Positions 24,253-37,163 of a stretch of DNA of 64,000 bases are shown here, piece by piece; position 1 is the first letter of the stretch; every line of letters starts with the position of its first letter. The notes under the pieces are model-generated. The model was not told where the DNA came from. It did no database searches and saw nothing but the letters and a program-made list of their open reading frames with translations. The stretch lies in the NCBI RefSeq assembly GCF_009914755.1, contig NC_060929.1. One strand, written 5' to 3'. The translations under genes and the position numbers were made by a program. Source of the stretch: the human T2T-CHM13v2.0 reference genome, Homo sapiens.

Positions 24253-26970
24253 TTAGACAGAGCAGATTTGAAACACTCTTTTTGTGCAATTGGCAAGTGG
24301 AGATTTCAAGCGCTTTAAGGTCAATGGAAGAAAAGGAAATATCTTCGTTTCAAAACTAGACAGAATCATTCCCACAAACTGCGTTGTGATGTGTTCGTTT
24401 AACTCACAGAGTTTAACCTTTCTTTTCATAGAGCAGTTAGGAAACAGTCTGTTTGTAAATTCTGTAAGTGGATATTCTGACATCTTGTGGCCTTCGTTGG
24501 AAACGGGATTTCTTCATATTCTGCTAGACAGAAGAATTCTCAGAATCTTCCTTGTGTTGTGTGTATTCAACTCACAGAGTTGAACGATCCTTTACACAGA
24601 GCAGACTTGAAACACTCTTTTTGTGGAATTTGCAAGTGGAGATTTCAGCCGCTTTGAGGTCAATGGTAGAAAAGGAAATATCTTCGTATAAAAACTAGAC
24701 AGAATGATTCTCAGAAACTTCTTTGTGATGTGTGCGTTCAACTCACAGAGTTTAACCTTTCTTTTCATAGAGCAGTTAGGAAACACTCTGTTTGTAAACT
24801 CTGCAAGTGGATATTCAGACCTCTTTCAGGACTTCGTTGGAAACGGGATTTCTTCATACTGTGCTAGACAGAAGAATTCTCAGTAACTTCCTTGTGTTGT
24901 GTGTATTCAACTGACAGAGTTGAACTTTCATTTACACAGAGCGGACTTGAAACACTCTTTTTGTGGAATTTGCAATTGGAGATTTCAGCCGCGTTGAGGT
25001 CAATGGTAGAAAAGGAAATCTCTTCGTATAAAAACTAGACAGAATGATTCTCAGAAACTCCTTTGAGATGTGTGCGCTCAACTCACAGAGTTTAACCTTT
25101 CTTTTCATAGAGCAGTTAGGAAACACTCTGTTTGTAAAGTCTGCAAGTGGATATTCAGACCTCTTTGAGGCCTTCGTTGGAAACGGGTTTTTTTCATATA
25201 AGGCTAGACAGAAGAATTCCCAGTAACTTCCATGTGTTGTGTGTGTTCAACTCACAGAGTTGAAATTTCATTTACACAGAGCAGATTTGAAACACTCTTT
25301 TTGTGGAATTTGCAAATGGAGATTTCAAGGGGTTTGAGGCCAAAGGCAGAAAAGGAAATATCTTCGTATAAAAACTAGACAGAATCATTCTCAGAAACTG
25401 CTCTGCGATGTGTGCGTTCAACTCTCAGAGTTTAACTTTTCTTTTCATTCAGCAGTTTGGAAACACTCTGTTTGTAAAGTCTGCACGTGGATAATTTGAC
25501 CACTTAGAGGTCTTCGTTGGAAACGGGTTTTTTTCATGTAACGCTAGACAGAAGAATTCTCAGTAACTTCCTTGTGTTGTGTGTATTCAACTCACAGAGT
25601 TGAAGGATCCTTTACACAGAGCAGACTTGTAACACTCTTTTTGTGTAATTTGCAAGTGGAGATTTCAGCCGCTTTGAGGTCAATGGTAGAAAAGGAAATC
25701 TCTTCGTATAAAAACTAGACAGAATGATTCTCAGAAACTCCTTTGTGATGTGTGCGTTCAACTCACAGAGTTTAACCTTTCTTTTCATAGAGCAGTTAGG
25801 AAACACTCTGTTTGTAAAGTCTGCAAGTGGATATTCAGACCTCTTTGAGGCCTTCGTTGGAAACGGGTTTTTTCATATAAGGCTAGACAGAAGAATTCCC
25901 AGTAACTTCCTTGTGTTGTGTGTGTTCAACTCACAGAGTTGAACTTTCATTTACACAGAGCAGATTTGAAACACTCTTTTTGTGGAATTTGCAAATGGAG
26001 ATTTCAAGCGCTTTGAGGCCAGAGGCAGAAAAGGAAATATCTTCGTACAAAAATTAGACAGAATCATTCTCAGAAACTGCTCTGCGATGTGTGCGTTCAA
26101 CTCTCTGAGTTTAACTTTTCTATTCATTCAGCAGTTTGGAAACACTCTGTTTGTAAAGTCTGCACGTGGATAATTTGACCACTTAGAGTTCTTCGTTGGA
26201 AACGGGTTTTTTTCATGTAAGGCTAGACAGAAGAATTCTCAGTAACTTCCTTGTGTTGTGTGTATTCAACTCACAGAGTTGAACGATCCTTTACACAGAG
26301 CAGACTTGTAACACTCTTTTTGTTGAATTTGCAAGTGGAGATTTCAGCCGCTTTGAAGTCAAAGGTAGAAAAGGAAATATCTTCCTATAAACACTAGACA
26401 GAATGATTCTCAGAAACTCCTTTGTGATGTGTGCGTTCAACTCACAGAGTTTAACCTTTCTTTTCATAGAGCAGTTAGGAAACACTCTGTTTGTAAAGTC
26501 TGCAAGTGGATATTCAGACCTCTTTGAGGCCTTCGTTGGAAACGGGTTTTTTTCATATAAGGCTAGACAGAAGAATTCCCAGTAACTTCCTTGTGTTGTG
26601 TGTGTTCAACTCACAGAGTTGAACTCTCATTTACACAGAGCAGATTTGAAACACTCTTTTTGTGGAATTTGCAAGTGGAGATTTCAAGCGCTTTGAGGCC
26701 AAAGGCAGAAAAGGAAATATCTTCGTATAAAAACTAGACAGAATCATTCTCAGAAACTGCTCTGCGATGTGTGCGTTCAACTCTCAGAGTTTAACTTTTC
26801 TTTTCATTCAGCAGTTTGGAAACACTCTGTTTGTAAAGTCTGCACGTGGATATTTTGACCACTTAGAGGCCTTCGTTGGAAACGGGTTTTTTTCCTGTAA
26901 GGCTAGACAGAAGAATTCCCAGTAACTTCCTTGTGTTGTGTACATTCAACTCACAGAGTTGAACGTTCCC
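24253..26970 (+). repeat. 16-mer HOR (E F A B C' B C D, 2718 bp)
   Basis: There is an extra 680 bp containing the variant dimer C' (tgtaacac + ggtcaatgg + tctcttcg) at ~25612. Confidence 0.92.
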
Positions 26971-29900
26971 TTAGACAGAGCAGATTTGAAACACTCTTTT
27001 TGTGCAATTGGCAAGTGGAGATTTCAAGCGCTTTAAGGTCAATGGCAGAAAAGGAAATATCTTCGTTTCAAAACTAGACAGAATCATTCCCACAAACTGC
27101 GTTGTGATGTGTTCGTTCAACTCACAGAGTTTAACCTTTCTTTTCATAGAGCAGTTAGGAAACAGTCTGTTTGTAAATTCTGTAAGTGGATATTCTGACA
27201 TCTTGTGGCCTTCGTTGGAAACGGGATTTCTTCATATTCTGCTAGACAGAAGAATTCTCAGAATCTTCCTTGTGTTGTGTGTATTCAACTCACAGAGTTG
27301 AACGATCCTTTACACAGAGCAGACTTGAAACACTCTTTTTGTGGAATTTGCAAGTGGAGATTTCAGCCGCTTTGAGGTCCATGGTAGAAAAGGAAATATC
27401 TTCGTATAAAAACTAGACAGAATGATTCTCAGAAACTTCTTTGTGATGTGTGCGTTCAACTCACAGAGTTTAACCTTTCTTTTCATAGAGCAGTTAGGAA
27501 ACACTCTGTTTGTAAACTCTGCAAGTGGATATTCAGACCTCTTTCAGGACTTCGTTGGAAACGGGATTTCTTCATACTGTGCTAGACAGAAGAATTCTCA
27601 GTAACTTCCTTGTGTTGTGTGTATTCAACTCACAGAGTTGAACGATCGTTTACACAGAGCGGACTTGAAACACTCTTTTTGTGGAATTTGCAATTGGAGA
27701 TTTCAGCCGCGTTGAGGTCAATGGTAGAAAAGGAAATCTCTTCGTATAAAAACTAGACAGAATGATTCTCAGAAACTCCTTTGAGATGTGTGCGCTCAAC
27801 TCACAGAGTTTAACCTTTCTTTTCATAGAGCAGTTAGGAAACACTCTGTTTGTAAAGTCTGCAAGTGGATATTCAGACCTCTTTGAGGCCTTCGTTGGAA
27901 ACGGGTTTTTTTCATATAAGGCTAGACAGAAGAATTCCCAGTAACTTCCATGTGTTGTGTGTGTTCAACTCACAGAGTTGAAATTTCATTTACACAGAGC
28001 AGATTTGAAACACTCTTTTTGTGGAATTTGCAAATGGAGATTTCAAGCGGTTTGAGGCCAAAGGCAGAAAAGGAAATATCTTCGTATAAAAACTAGACAG
28101 AATCATTCTCAGAAACTGCTCTGCGATGTGTGCGTTCAACTCTCAGAGTTTAACTTTTCTTTTCATTCAGCAGTTTGGAAACACTCTGTTTGTAAAGTCT
28201 GCACGTGGATAATTTGACCACTTAGAGGTCTTCGTTGGAAACGGGTTTTTTCATGTAAGGCTAGACAGAAGAATTCTCAGTAACTTCCTTGTGTTGTGTG
28301 TATTCAACTCACAGAGTTGAACGATCCTTTACACAGAGCAGACTTGTAACACTCTTTTTGTTGAATTTGCAAGTGGAGATTTCAGCCGCTTTGAAGTCAA
28401 AGGTAGAAAAGGAAATATCTTCCTATAAACACTAGACAGAATGATTCTCAGAAACTCCTTTGTGATGTGTGCGTTCAACTGACAGAGTTTAACCTTTCTT
28501 TTCATAGAGCAGTTAGGAAACACTCTGTTTGTAAAGTCTGCAAGTGGATATTCAGACCTCTTTGAGGCCTTCGTTGGAAACGGGTTTTTTTCATATAAGG
28601 CTAGACAGAAGAATTCCCAGTAACTTCCTTGTGTTGTGTGTGTTCAACTCACAGAGTTGAACTCTCATTTACACAGAGCAGATTTGAAACACTCTTTTTG
28701 TGGAATTTGCAAGTGGAGATTTCAAGCGCTTTGAGGCCAAAGCAGAAAAGGAAATATCTTCGTATAAAAACTAGACAGAATCATTCTCAGAAACTGCTCT
28801 GCGATGTGTGCGTTCAACTCTCAGAGTTTAACTTTTCTTTTCATTCAGCAGTTTGGAAACACTCTGTTTGTAAAGTCTGCACGTGGATATTTTGACCACT
28901 TAGAGGCCTTCGTTGGAAACGGGTTTTTTTCCTGTAAGGCTAGACAGAAGAATTCCCAGTAACTTCCTTGTGTTGTGTTCATTCAACTCACAGAGTTGAA
29001 CGTTCCCTTAGACAGAGCAGATTTGAAACACTCTTTTTGTGCAATTGGCAAGTGGAGATTTCAAGCGCTTTAAGGTCAATGGCAGAAAAGGAAATATCTT
29101 CGTTTCAAAACTAGACAGAATCATTCCCACAAACTGCGTTGTGATGTGTTCGTTCAACTCACAGAGTTTAACCTTTCTTTTCATAGAGCAGTTAGGAAAC
29201 AGTCTGTTTGTAAATTCTGTAAGTGGATATTCTGACATCTTGTGGCCTTCGTTGGAAACGGGATTTCTTCATATTCTGCTAGTCAGAAGAATTCTCAGAA
29301 TCTTCCTTGTGTTGTGTGTATTCAACTCACAGAGTTGAACGATCCTTTACACAGAGCAGACTTGAAACACTCTTTTTGTGGAATTTGCAAGTGGAGATTT
29401 CAGCCGCTTTGAGGTCCATGGTAGAAAAGGAAATATCTTCGTATAAAAACAAGACAGAATGATTCTCAGAAACTTCTTTGTGATGTGTGCGTTCAACTCA
29501 CAGAGTTTAACCTTTCTTTTCATAGAGCAGTTAGGAAACACTCTGTTTGTAAACTCTGCAAGTGGATATTCAGACCTCTTTGAGGCCTTCGTTGGAAACG
29601 GGATTTCTTCATACTGTGCTAGACAGAAGAATTCTCATTAACTTCCTTGTGTTGTGTGTATTCAACTCACAGAGTTGAACGATCCTTTACACAGAGCGGA
29701 CTTGAAACACTCTTTTTGTGGAATTTGCAAGTGGAGATTTCAGCCGCGTTGAGGTCAATGGTAGAAAAGGAAATCTCTTCGTATAAAAACTAGACAGAAT
29801 GATTCTCAGAAACTCCTTTGAGATGTGTGCGCTCAACTCACAGAGTTTAACCTTTCTTTTCATAGAGCAGTTAGGAAACACTCCGTTTGTAAAGTCTGCA

Positions 29901-32900
29901 AGTGGATATTCAGACCTCTTTGAGGCCTTCGTTGGAAACGGGTTTTTTTCATATAAGGCTAGACAGAAGAATTCCCAGTAACTTCCATGTGTTGTGTGTG
30001 TTCAACTCACAGAGTTGAACTTTCATTTACACAGAGCAGATTTGAAACACTCTTTTTGTGGAATTTGCAAATGGAGATTTCAAGCGCTTTGAGGCCAGAG
30101 GCAGAAAAGGAAATATCTTCGTATAAAAACTAGACAGAATCATTCTCAGAAACTGCTCTGCGATGTGTGCGTTCAACTCTCAGAGTTTAACTTTTCTTTT
30201 CATTCAGCAGTTTGGAAACACTCTGTTTGTAAAGTCTGCACGTGGATAATTTGACCACTTAGAGGTCTTCGTTGGAAACGGGTTTTTTTCATGTAAGGCT
30301 AGACAGAAGAATTCTCAGTAACTTCCTTGTGTTGTGTGTATTCAACTCACAGAGTTGAACGATCCTTTACACAGAGCAGACTTGTAACACTCTTTTTGTG
30401 GAATTTGCAAGTGGAGATTTCAGCCGCTTTGAAGTCAAAGGTAGAAAAGGAAATATCTTCCTATAAACACTAGACAGAATGATTCTCAGAAACTCCTTTG
30501 TGATGTGTGCGTTCAACTCACAGAGTTTAACCTTTCTTTTCATAGAGCAGTTAGGAAACACTCTGTTTGTAAAGTCTGCAAGTGGATATTCAGACCTCTT
30601 TGAGGCCTTCGTTGGAAACGGGTTTTTTTCATATAAGGCTAGACAGAAGAATTCCCAGTAACTTCCTTGTGTTGTGTGTGTTCAACTCACAGAGTTGAAC
30701 TCTCATTTACACAGAGCAGATTTGAAACACTCTTTTTGTGGAATTTGCAAGTGGAGATTTCAAGCGCTTTGAGGCCAAAGGCAGAAAAGGAAATATCTTC
30801 GTATAAAAACTAGACAGAATCATTCTCAGAAACTGCTCTGCGATGTGTGCGTTCAACTCTCAGAGTTTAACTTTTCTTTTCATTCAGCAGTTTGGAAACA
30901 CTCTGTTTGTAAAGTCTGCACGTGGATATTTTGACCACTTAGAGGCCTTCGTTGGAAACGGGTTTTTTTCCTGTAAGGCTAGACAGAAGAATTCCCAGTA
31001 ACTTCCTTGTGTTGTGTACATTCAACTCACAGAGTTGAACGTTCCCTTAGACAGAGCAGATTTGAAACACTCTTTTTGTGCAATTGGCAAGTGGAGATTT
31101 CAAGCGCTTTAAGGTCAATGGCAGAAAAGGAAATATCTTCGTTTCAAAACTAGACAGAATCATTCCCACAAACTGCGTTGTGATGTGTTCGTTCAACTCA
31201 CAGAGTTTAACCTTTCTTTTCATAGAGCAGTTAGGAAACAGTCTGTTTGTAAATTCTGTAAGTGGATATTCTGACATCTTGTGGCCTTCGTTGGAAACGG
31301 GATTTCTTCATATTCTGCTAGACAGAAGAATTCTCAGAATCTTCCTTGTGTTGTGTGTATTCAACTCACAGAGTTGAACGATCCTTTACACAGAGCAGAC
31401 TTGAAACACTCTTTTTGTGGAATTTGCAAGTGGAGATTTCAGCCGCTTTGAGGTCAATGGTAGAAAAGGAAATATCTTCGTATAAAAACTAGACAGAATG
31501 ATTCTCAGAAACTTCTTTGTGATGTGTGCGTTCAACTCACAGAGTTTAACCTTTCTTTTCATAGAGCAGTTAGGAAACACTCTGTTTGTAAACTCTGCAA
31601 GTGGATATTCAGACCTCTTTCAGGACTTCGTTGGAAACGGGATTTCTTCATACTGTGCTAGACAGAAGAATTCTCAGTAACTTCCTTGTGTTGTGTGTAT
31701 TCAACTCACAGAGTTGAACTTTCATTTACACAGAGCGGACTTGAAACACTCTTTTTGTGGAATTTGCAATTGGAGATTTCAGCCGCGTTGAGGTCAATGG
31801 TAGAAAAGGAAATCTCTTCGTATAAAAACTAGACAGAATGATTCTCAGAAACTCCTTTGAGATGTGTGCGCTCAACTCACAGAGTTTAACCTTTCTTTTC
31901 ATAGAGCAGTTAGGAAACACTCTGTTTGTAAAGTCTGCAAGTGGATATTCAGACCTCTTTGAGGCCTTCGTTGGAAACGGGTTTTTTTCATATAAGGCTA
32001 GACAGAAGAATTCCCAGTAACTTCCATGTGTTGTGTGTGTTCAACTCAGAGAGTTGAAATTTCATTTACACAGAGCAGATTTGAAACACTCTTTTTGTGG
32101 AATTTGCAAATGGAGATTTCAAGCGCTTTGAGGCCAGAGGCAGAAAAGGAAATATGTTCGTATAAAAACTAGACAGAATCATTCTCAGAAACTGCTCTGC
32201 GATGTGTGCGTTCAACTCTCAGAGTTTAACTTTTCTTTTCATTCAGCAGTTTGGAAACACTCTGTTTGTAAAGTCTGCACGTGGATAATTTGACCACTTA
32301 GAGGTCTTCGTTGGAAACGGGTTTTTTTCATGTAAGGCTAGACAGAAGAATTCTCAGTAACTTCCTTGTGTTGTGTGTATTCAACTCACAGAGTTGAACG
32401 ATCCTTTACACAGAGCAGACTTGTAACACTCTTTTTGTGGAATTTGCAAGTGGAGATTTCAGCCGCTTTGAAGTCAAAGGTAGAAAAGGAAATATCTTCC
32501 TATAAACACTAGACAGAATGATTCTCAGAAACTCCTTTGTGATGTGTGCGCTCAACTCACAGAGTTTAACCTTTCTTTTCATAGAGCAGTTAGGAAACAC
32601 TCTGTTTGTAAAGTCTGCAAGTGGATATTCAGACCTCTTTGAGGCCTTCGTTGGAAACGGGTTTTTTTCATATAAGGCTAGACAGAAGAATTCCCAGTAA
32701 CTTCCTTGTGTTGTGTGTGTTCAACTCACAGAGTTGAACTCTCATTTACACAGAGCAGATTTGAAACACTCTTTTTGTGGAATTTGCAAGTGGAGATTTC
32801 AAGCGCTTTGAGGCCAAAGGCAGAAAAGGAAATATCTTCGTATAAAAACTAGACAGAATCATTCTCAGAAACTGCTCTGCGATGTGTGCGTTCAACTCTC

Positions 32901-35900
32901 AGAGTTTAACTTTTCTTTTCATTCAGCAGTTTGGAAACACTCTGTTTGTAAAGTCTGCACGTGGATATTTTGACCACTTAGAGGCCTTCGTTGGAAACGG
33001 GTTTTTTTCCTGTAAGGCTAGACAGAAGAATTCCCAGTAACTTCCTTGTGTTGTGTACATTCAACACACAGAGTTGAACGTTCCCTTAGACAGAGCAGAT
33101 TTGAAACACTCTTTTTGTGCAATTGGCAAGTGGAGATTTCAAGCGCTTTAAGGTCAATGGCAGAAAAGGAAATATCTTCGTTTCAAAACTAGACAGAATC
33201 ATTCCCACAAACTGCGTTGTGATGTGTTCGTTCAACTCACAGAGTTTAACCTTTCTTTTCATAGAGCAGTTAGGAAACAGTCTGTTTGTAAATTCTGTAA
33301 GTGGATATTCTGACATCTTTTGGCCTTCGTTGGAAACGGGATTTCTTCATATTCTGCTAGACAGAAGAATTCTCAGAATCTTCCTTGTGTTGTGTGTATT
33401 CAACTCACAGAGTTGAACGATCCTTTACACAGAGCAGACTTGAAACACTCTTTTTGTGGAATTTGCAAGTGGAGATTTCAGCCGCTTTGAGGTCAATGGT
33501 AGAAAAGGAAATATCTTCGTATAAAAACTAGACAGAATGATTCTCAGAAACTTCTTTGTGATGTGTGCGTTCAACTCACAGAGTTTAACCTTTCTTTTCA
33601 TAGAGCAGTTAGGAAACACTCTGTTTGTAAACTCTGCAAGTGGATATTCAGACCTCTTTCAGGACTTCGTTGGAAACGGGATTTCTTCATACTGTGCTAG
33701 ACAGAAGAATTCTCAGTAACTTCCTTGTGTTGTGTGTATTCAACTCACAGAGTTGAACGATCGTTTACACAGAGCGGAGTTGAAACACTCTTTTTGTGGA
33801 ATTTGCAATTGGAGATTTCAGCCGCGTTGAGGTCAATGGTAGAAAAGGAAATCTCTTCGTATAAAAACTAGACAGAATGATTCTCAGAAACTCCTTTGAG
33901 ATGTGTGCGCTCAACTCACAGAGTTTAACCTTTCTTTTCATAGAGCAGTTAGGAAACACTCTGTTTGTAAAGTCTGCAAGTGGATATTCAGACCTCTTTG
34001 AGGCCTTCGTTGGAAACGGGTTTTTTTCATATAAGGCTAGACAGAAGAATTCCCAGTAACTTCCATGTGTTGTGTGTGTTCAACTCACAGAGTTGAAATT
34101 TCATTTACACAGAGCAGATTTGAAACACTCTTTTTGTGGAATTTGCAAATGGAGATTTCAAGCGCTTTGAGGCCAGAGGCAGAAAAGGAAATATCTTCGT
34201 ATAAAAACTAGACAGAATCATTCTCAGAAACTGCTCTGCGATGTGTGCATTCAACTCTCAGAGTTTAACTTTTCTTTTCATTCAGCAGTTTGGAAACACT
34301 CTGTTTGTAAAGTCTGCACGTGGATAATTTGACCACTTAGAGGTCTTCGTTGGAAACGGGTTTTTTTCATGTAAGGCTAGACAGAAGAATTCTCAGTAAC
34401 TTCCTTGTGTTGTGTGTATTCAACTCACAGAGTTGAACGATCCTTTACACAGAGCAGACTTGTAACACTCTTTTTGTGGAATTTGCAAGTGGAGATTTCA
34501 GCCGCTTTGAAGTCAAAGGTAGAAAAGGAAATATCTTCCTATAAACACTAGACAGAATGATTCTCAGAAACTCCTTTGTGATGTGTGCGTTCAACTCACA
34601 GAGTTTAACCTTTCTTTTCATAGAGCAGTTAGGAAACACTCTGTTTGTAAAGTCTGCAAGTGGATATTCAGACCTCTTTGAGGCCTTCGTTGGAAACGGG
34701 TTTTTTTCATATAAGGCTAGACAGAAGAATTCCCAGTAACTTCCTTGTGTTGTGTGTGTTCAACTCACAGAGTTGAACTCTCATTTACACAGAGCAGATT
34801 TGAAACACTCTTTTTGTGGAATTTGCAAGTGGAGATTTCAAGCGCTTTGAGGCCAAAGGCAGAAAAGGAAATATCTTCGTATAAAAACTAGACAGAATCA
34901 TTCTCAGAAACTGCTCTGCGATGTGTGCGTTCAACTCTCAGAGTTTAACTTTTCTTTTCATTCAGCAGTTTGGAAACACTCTGTTTGTAAATTCTGCACG
35001 TGGATATTTTGACCACTTAGAGGCCTTCGTTGGAAACGGGTTTTTTTCCTGTAAGGCTAGACAGAAGAATTCCCAGTAACTTCCTTGTGTTGTGTACATT
35101 CAACTCACAGAGTTGAACGTTCCCTTAGACAGAGCAGATTTGAAACACTCTTTTTGTGCAATTGGCAAGTGGAGATTTCAAGCGCTTTAAGGTCAATGGC
35201 AGAAAAGGAAATATCTTCGTTTCAAAACTAGACAGAATCATTCCCACAAACTGCGTTGTGATGTGTTCGTTCAACTCACAGAGTTTAACCTTTCTTTTCA
35301 TAGAGCAGTTAGGAAACAGTCTGTTTGTAAATTCTGTAAGTGGATATTCTGACATCTTGTGGCCTTCGTTGGAAACGGGATTTCTTCATATTCTGCTAGA
35401 CAGAAGAATTCTCAGAATCTCCCTTGTGTTGTGTGTATTCAACTCACAGAGTTGAACGATCCTTTACACAGAGCAGACTTGAAACACTCTTTTTGTGGAA
35501 TTTGCAAGTGGAGATTTCAGCCGCTTTGAGGTCCATGGTAGAAAAGGAAATATCTTCGTATAAAAACAAGACAGAATGATTCTCAGAAACTTCTTTGTGA
35601 TGTGTGCGTTCAACTCACAGAGTTTAACCTTTCTTTTCATAGAGCAGTTAGGAAACACTCTGTTTGTAAACTCTGCAAGTGGATATTCAGACCTCTTTGA
35701 GGCCTTCGTTGGAAACGGGATTTCTTCATACTGTGCTAGACAGAAGAATTCTCATTAACTTCCTTGTGTTGTGTGTATTCAACTCACAGAGTTGAACGAT
35801 CCTTTACACAGAGCGGACTTGAAACACTCTTTTTGTGGAATTTGCAAGTGGAGATTTCAGCCGCGTTGAGGTCAATGGTAGAAAAGGAAATCTCTTCGTA

Positions 35901-37163
35901 TAAAAACTAGACAGAATGATTCTCAGAAACTCCTTTGAGATGTGTGCGCTCAACTCACAGAGTTTAACCTTTCTTTTCATAGAGCAGTTAGGAAACACTC
36001 TGCTTGTAAAGTCTGCAAGTGGATATTCAGACCTCTTTGAGGCCTTCGTTGGAAACGGGTTTTTTTCATATAAGGCTAGACAGAAGAATTCCCAGTAACT
36101 TCCATGTGTTGTGTGTGTTCAACTCACAGAGTTGAACTTTCATTTACACAGAGCAGATTTGAAACACTCTTTTTGTGGAATTTGCAAATGGAGATTTCAA
36201 GCGGTTTGAGGCCAAAGGCAGAAAAGGAAATATCTTCGTATAAAAACTAGACAGAATCATTCTCAGAAACTGCTCTGCGATGTGTGCGTTCAACTCTCAG
36301 AGTTTAACTTTTCTTTTCATTCAGCAGTTTGGAAACACTCTGTTTGTAAAGTCTGCACGTGGATAATTTGACCACTTAGAGGTCTTCGTTGGAAACGGGT
36401 TTTTTTCATGTAAGGCTAGACAGAAGAATTCTCAGTAACTTCCTTGTGTTGTGTGTATTCAACTCACAGAGTTGAACGATCCTTTACACAGAGCAGACTT
36501 GTAACACTCTTTTTGTGGAATTTGCAAGTGGAGATTTCAGCCGCTTTGAAGTCAAAGGTAGAAAAGGAAATATCTTCCTATAAACATTAGACAGAATGAT
36601 TCTCAGAAACTCCTTTGTGATGTGTGCGTTCAACTGACAGAGTTTAACCTTTCTTTTCATAGAGCAGTTAGGAAACACTCTGTTTGTAAAGTCTGCAAGT
36701 GGATATTCAGACCTCTTTGAGGCCTTCGTTGGAAACGGGTTTTTTTCATATAAGGCTAGACAGAAGAATTCCCAGTAACTTCCTTGTGTTGTGTGTGTTC
36801 AACTCACAGAGTTGAACTCTCATTTACACAGAGCAGATTTGAAACACTCTTTTTGTGGAATTTGCAAGTGGAGATTTCAAGCGCTTTGAAGCCAAAGGCA
36901 GAAAAGGAAATATCTTCGTATAAAAACTAGACAGAATCATTCTCAGAAACTGCTCTGCGATGTGTGCGTTCAACTCTCAGAGTTTAACTTTTCTTTTCAT
37001 TCAGCAGTTTGGAAACACTCTGTTTGTAAAGTCTGCACGTGGATATTTTGACCACTTAGAGGCCTTCGTTGGAAACGGGTTTTTTTCCTGTAAGGCTAGA
37101 CAGAAGAATTCCCAGTAACTTCCTTGTGTTGTGTACATTCAACTCACAGAGTTGAACGTTCCC
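26971..37163 (+). repeat. Five 12-mer HORs
   Basis: E at 26971, 29008, 31047, 33086, 35125 and 37164 (spacing 2037-2039). Confidence 0.95.
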
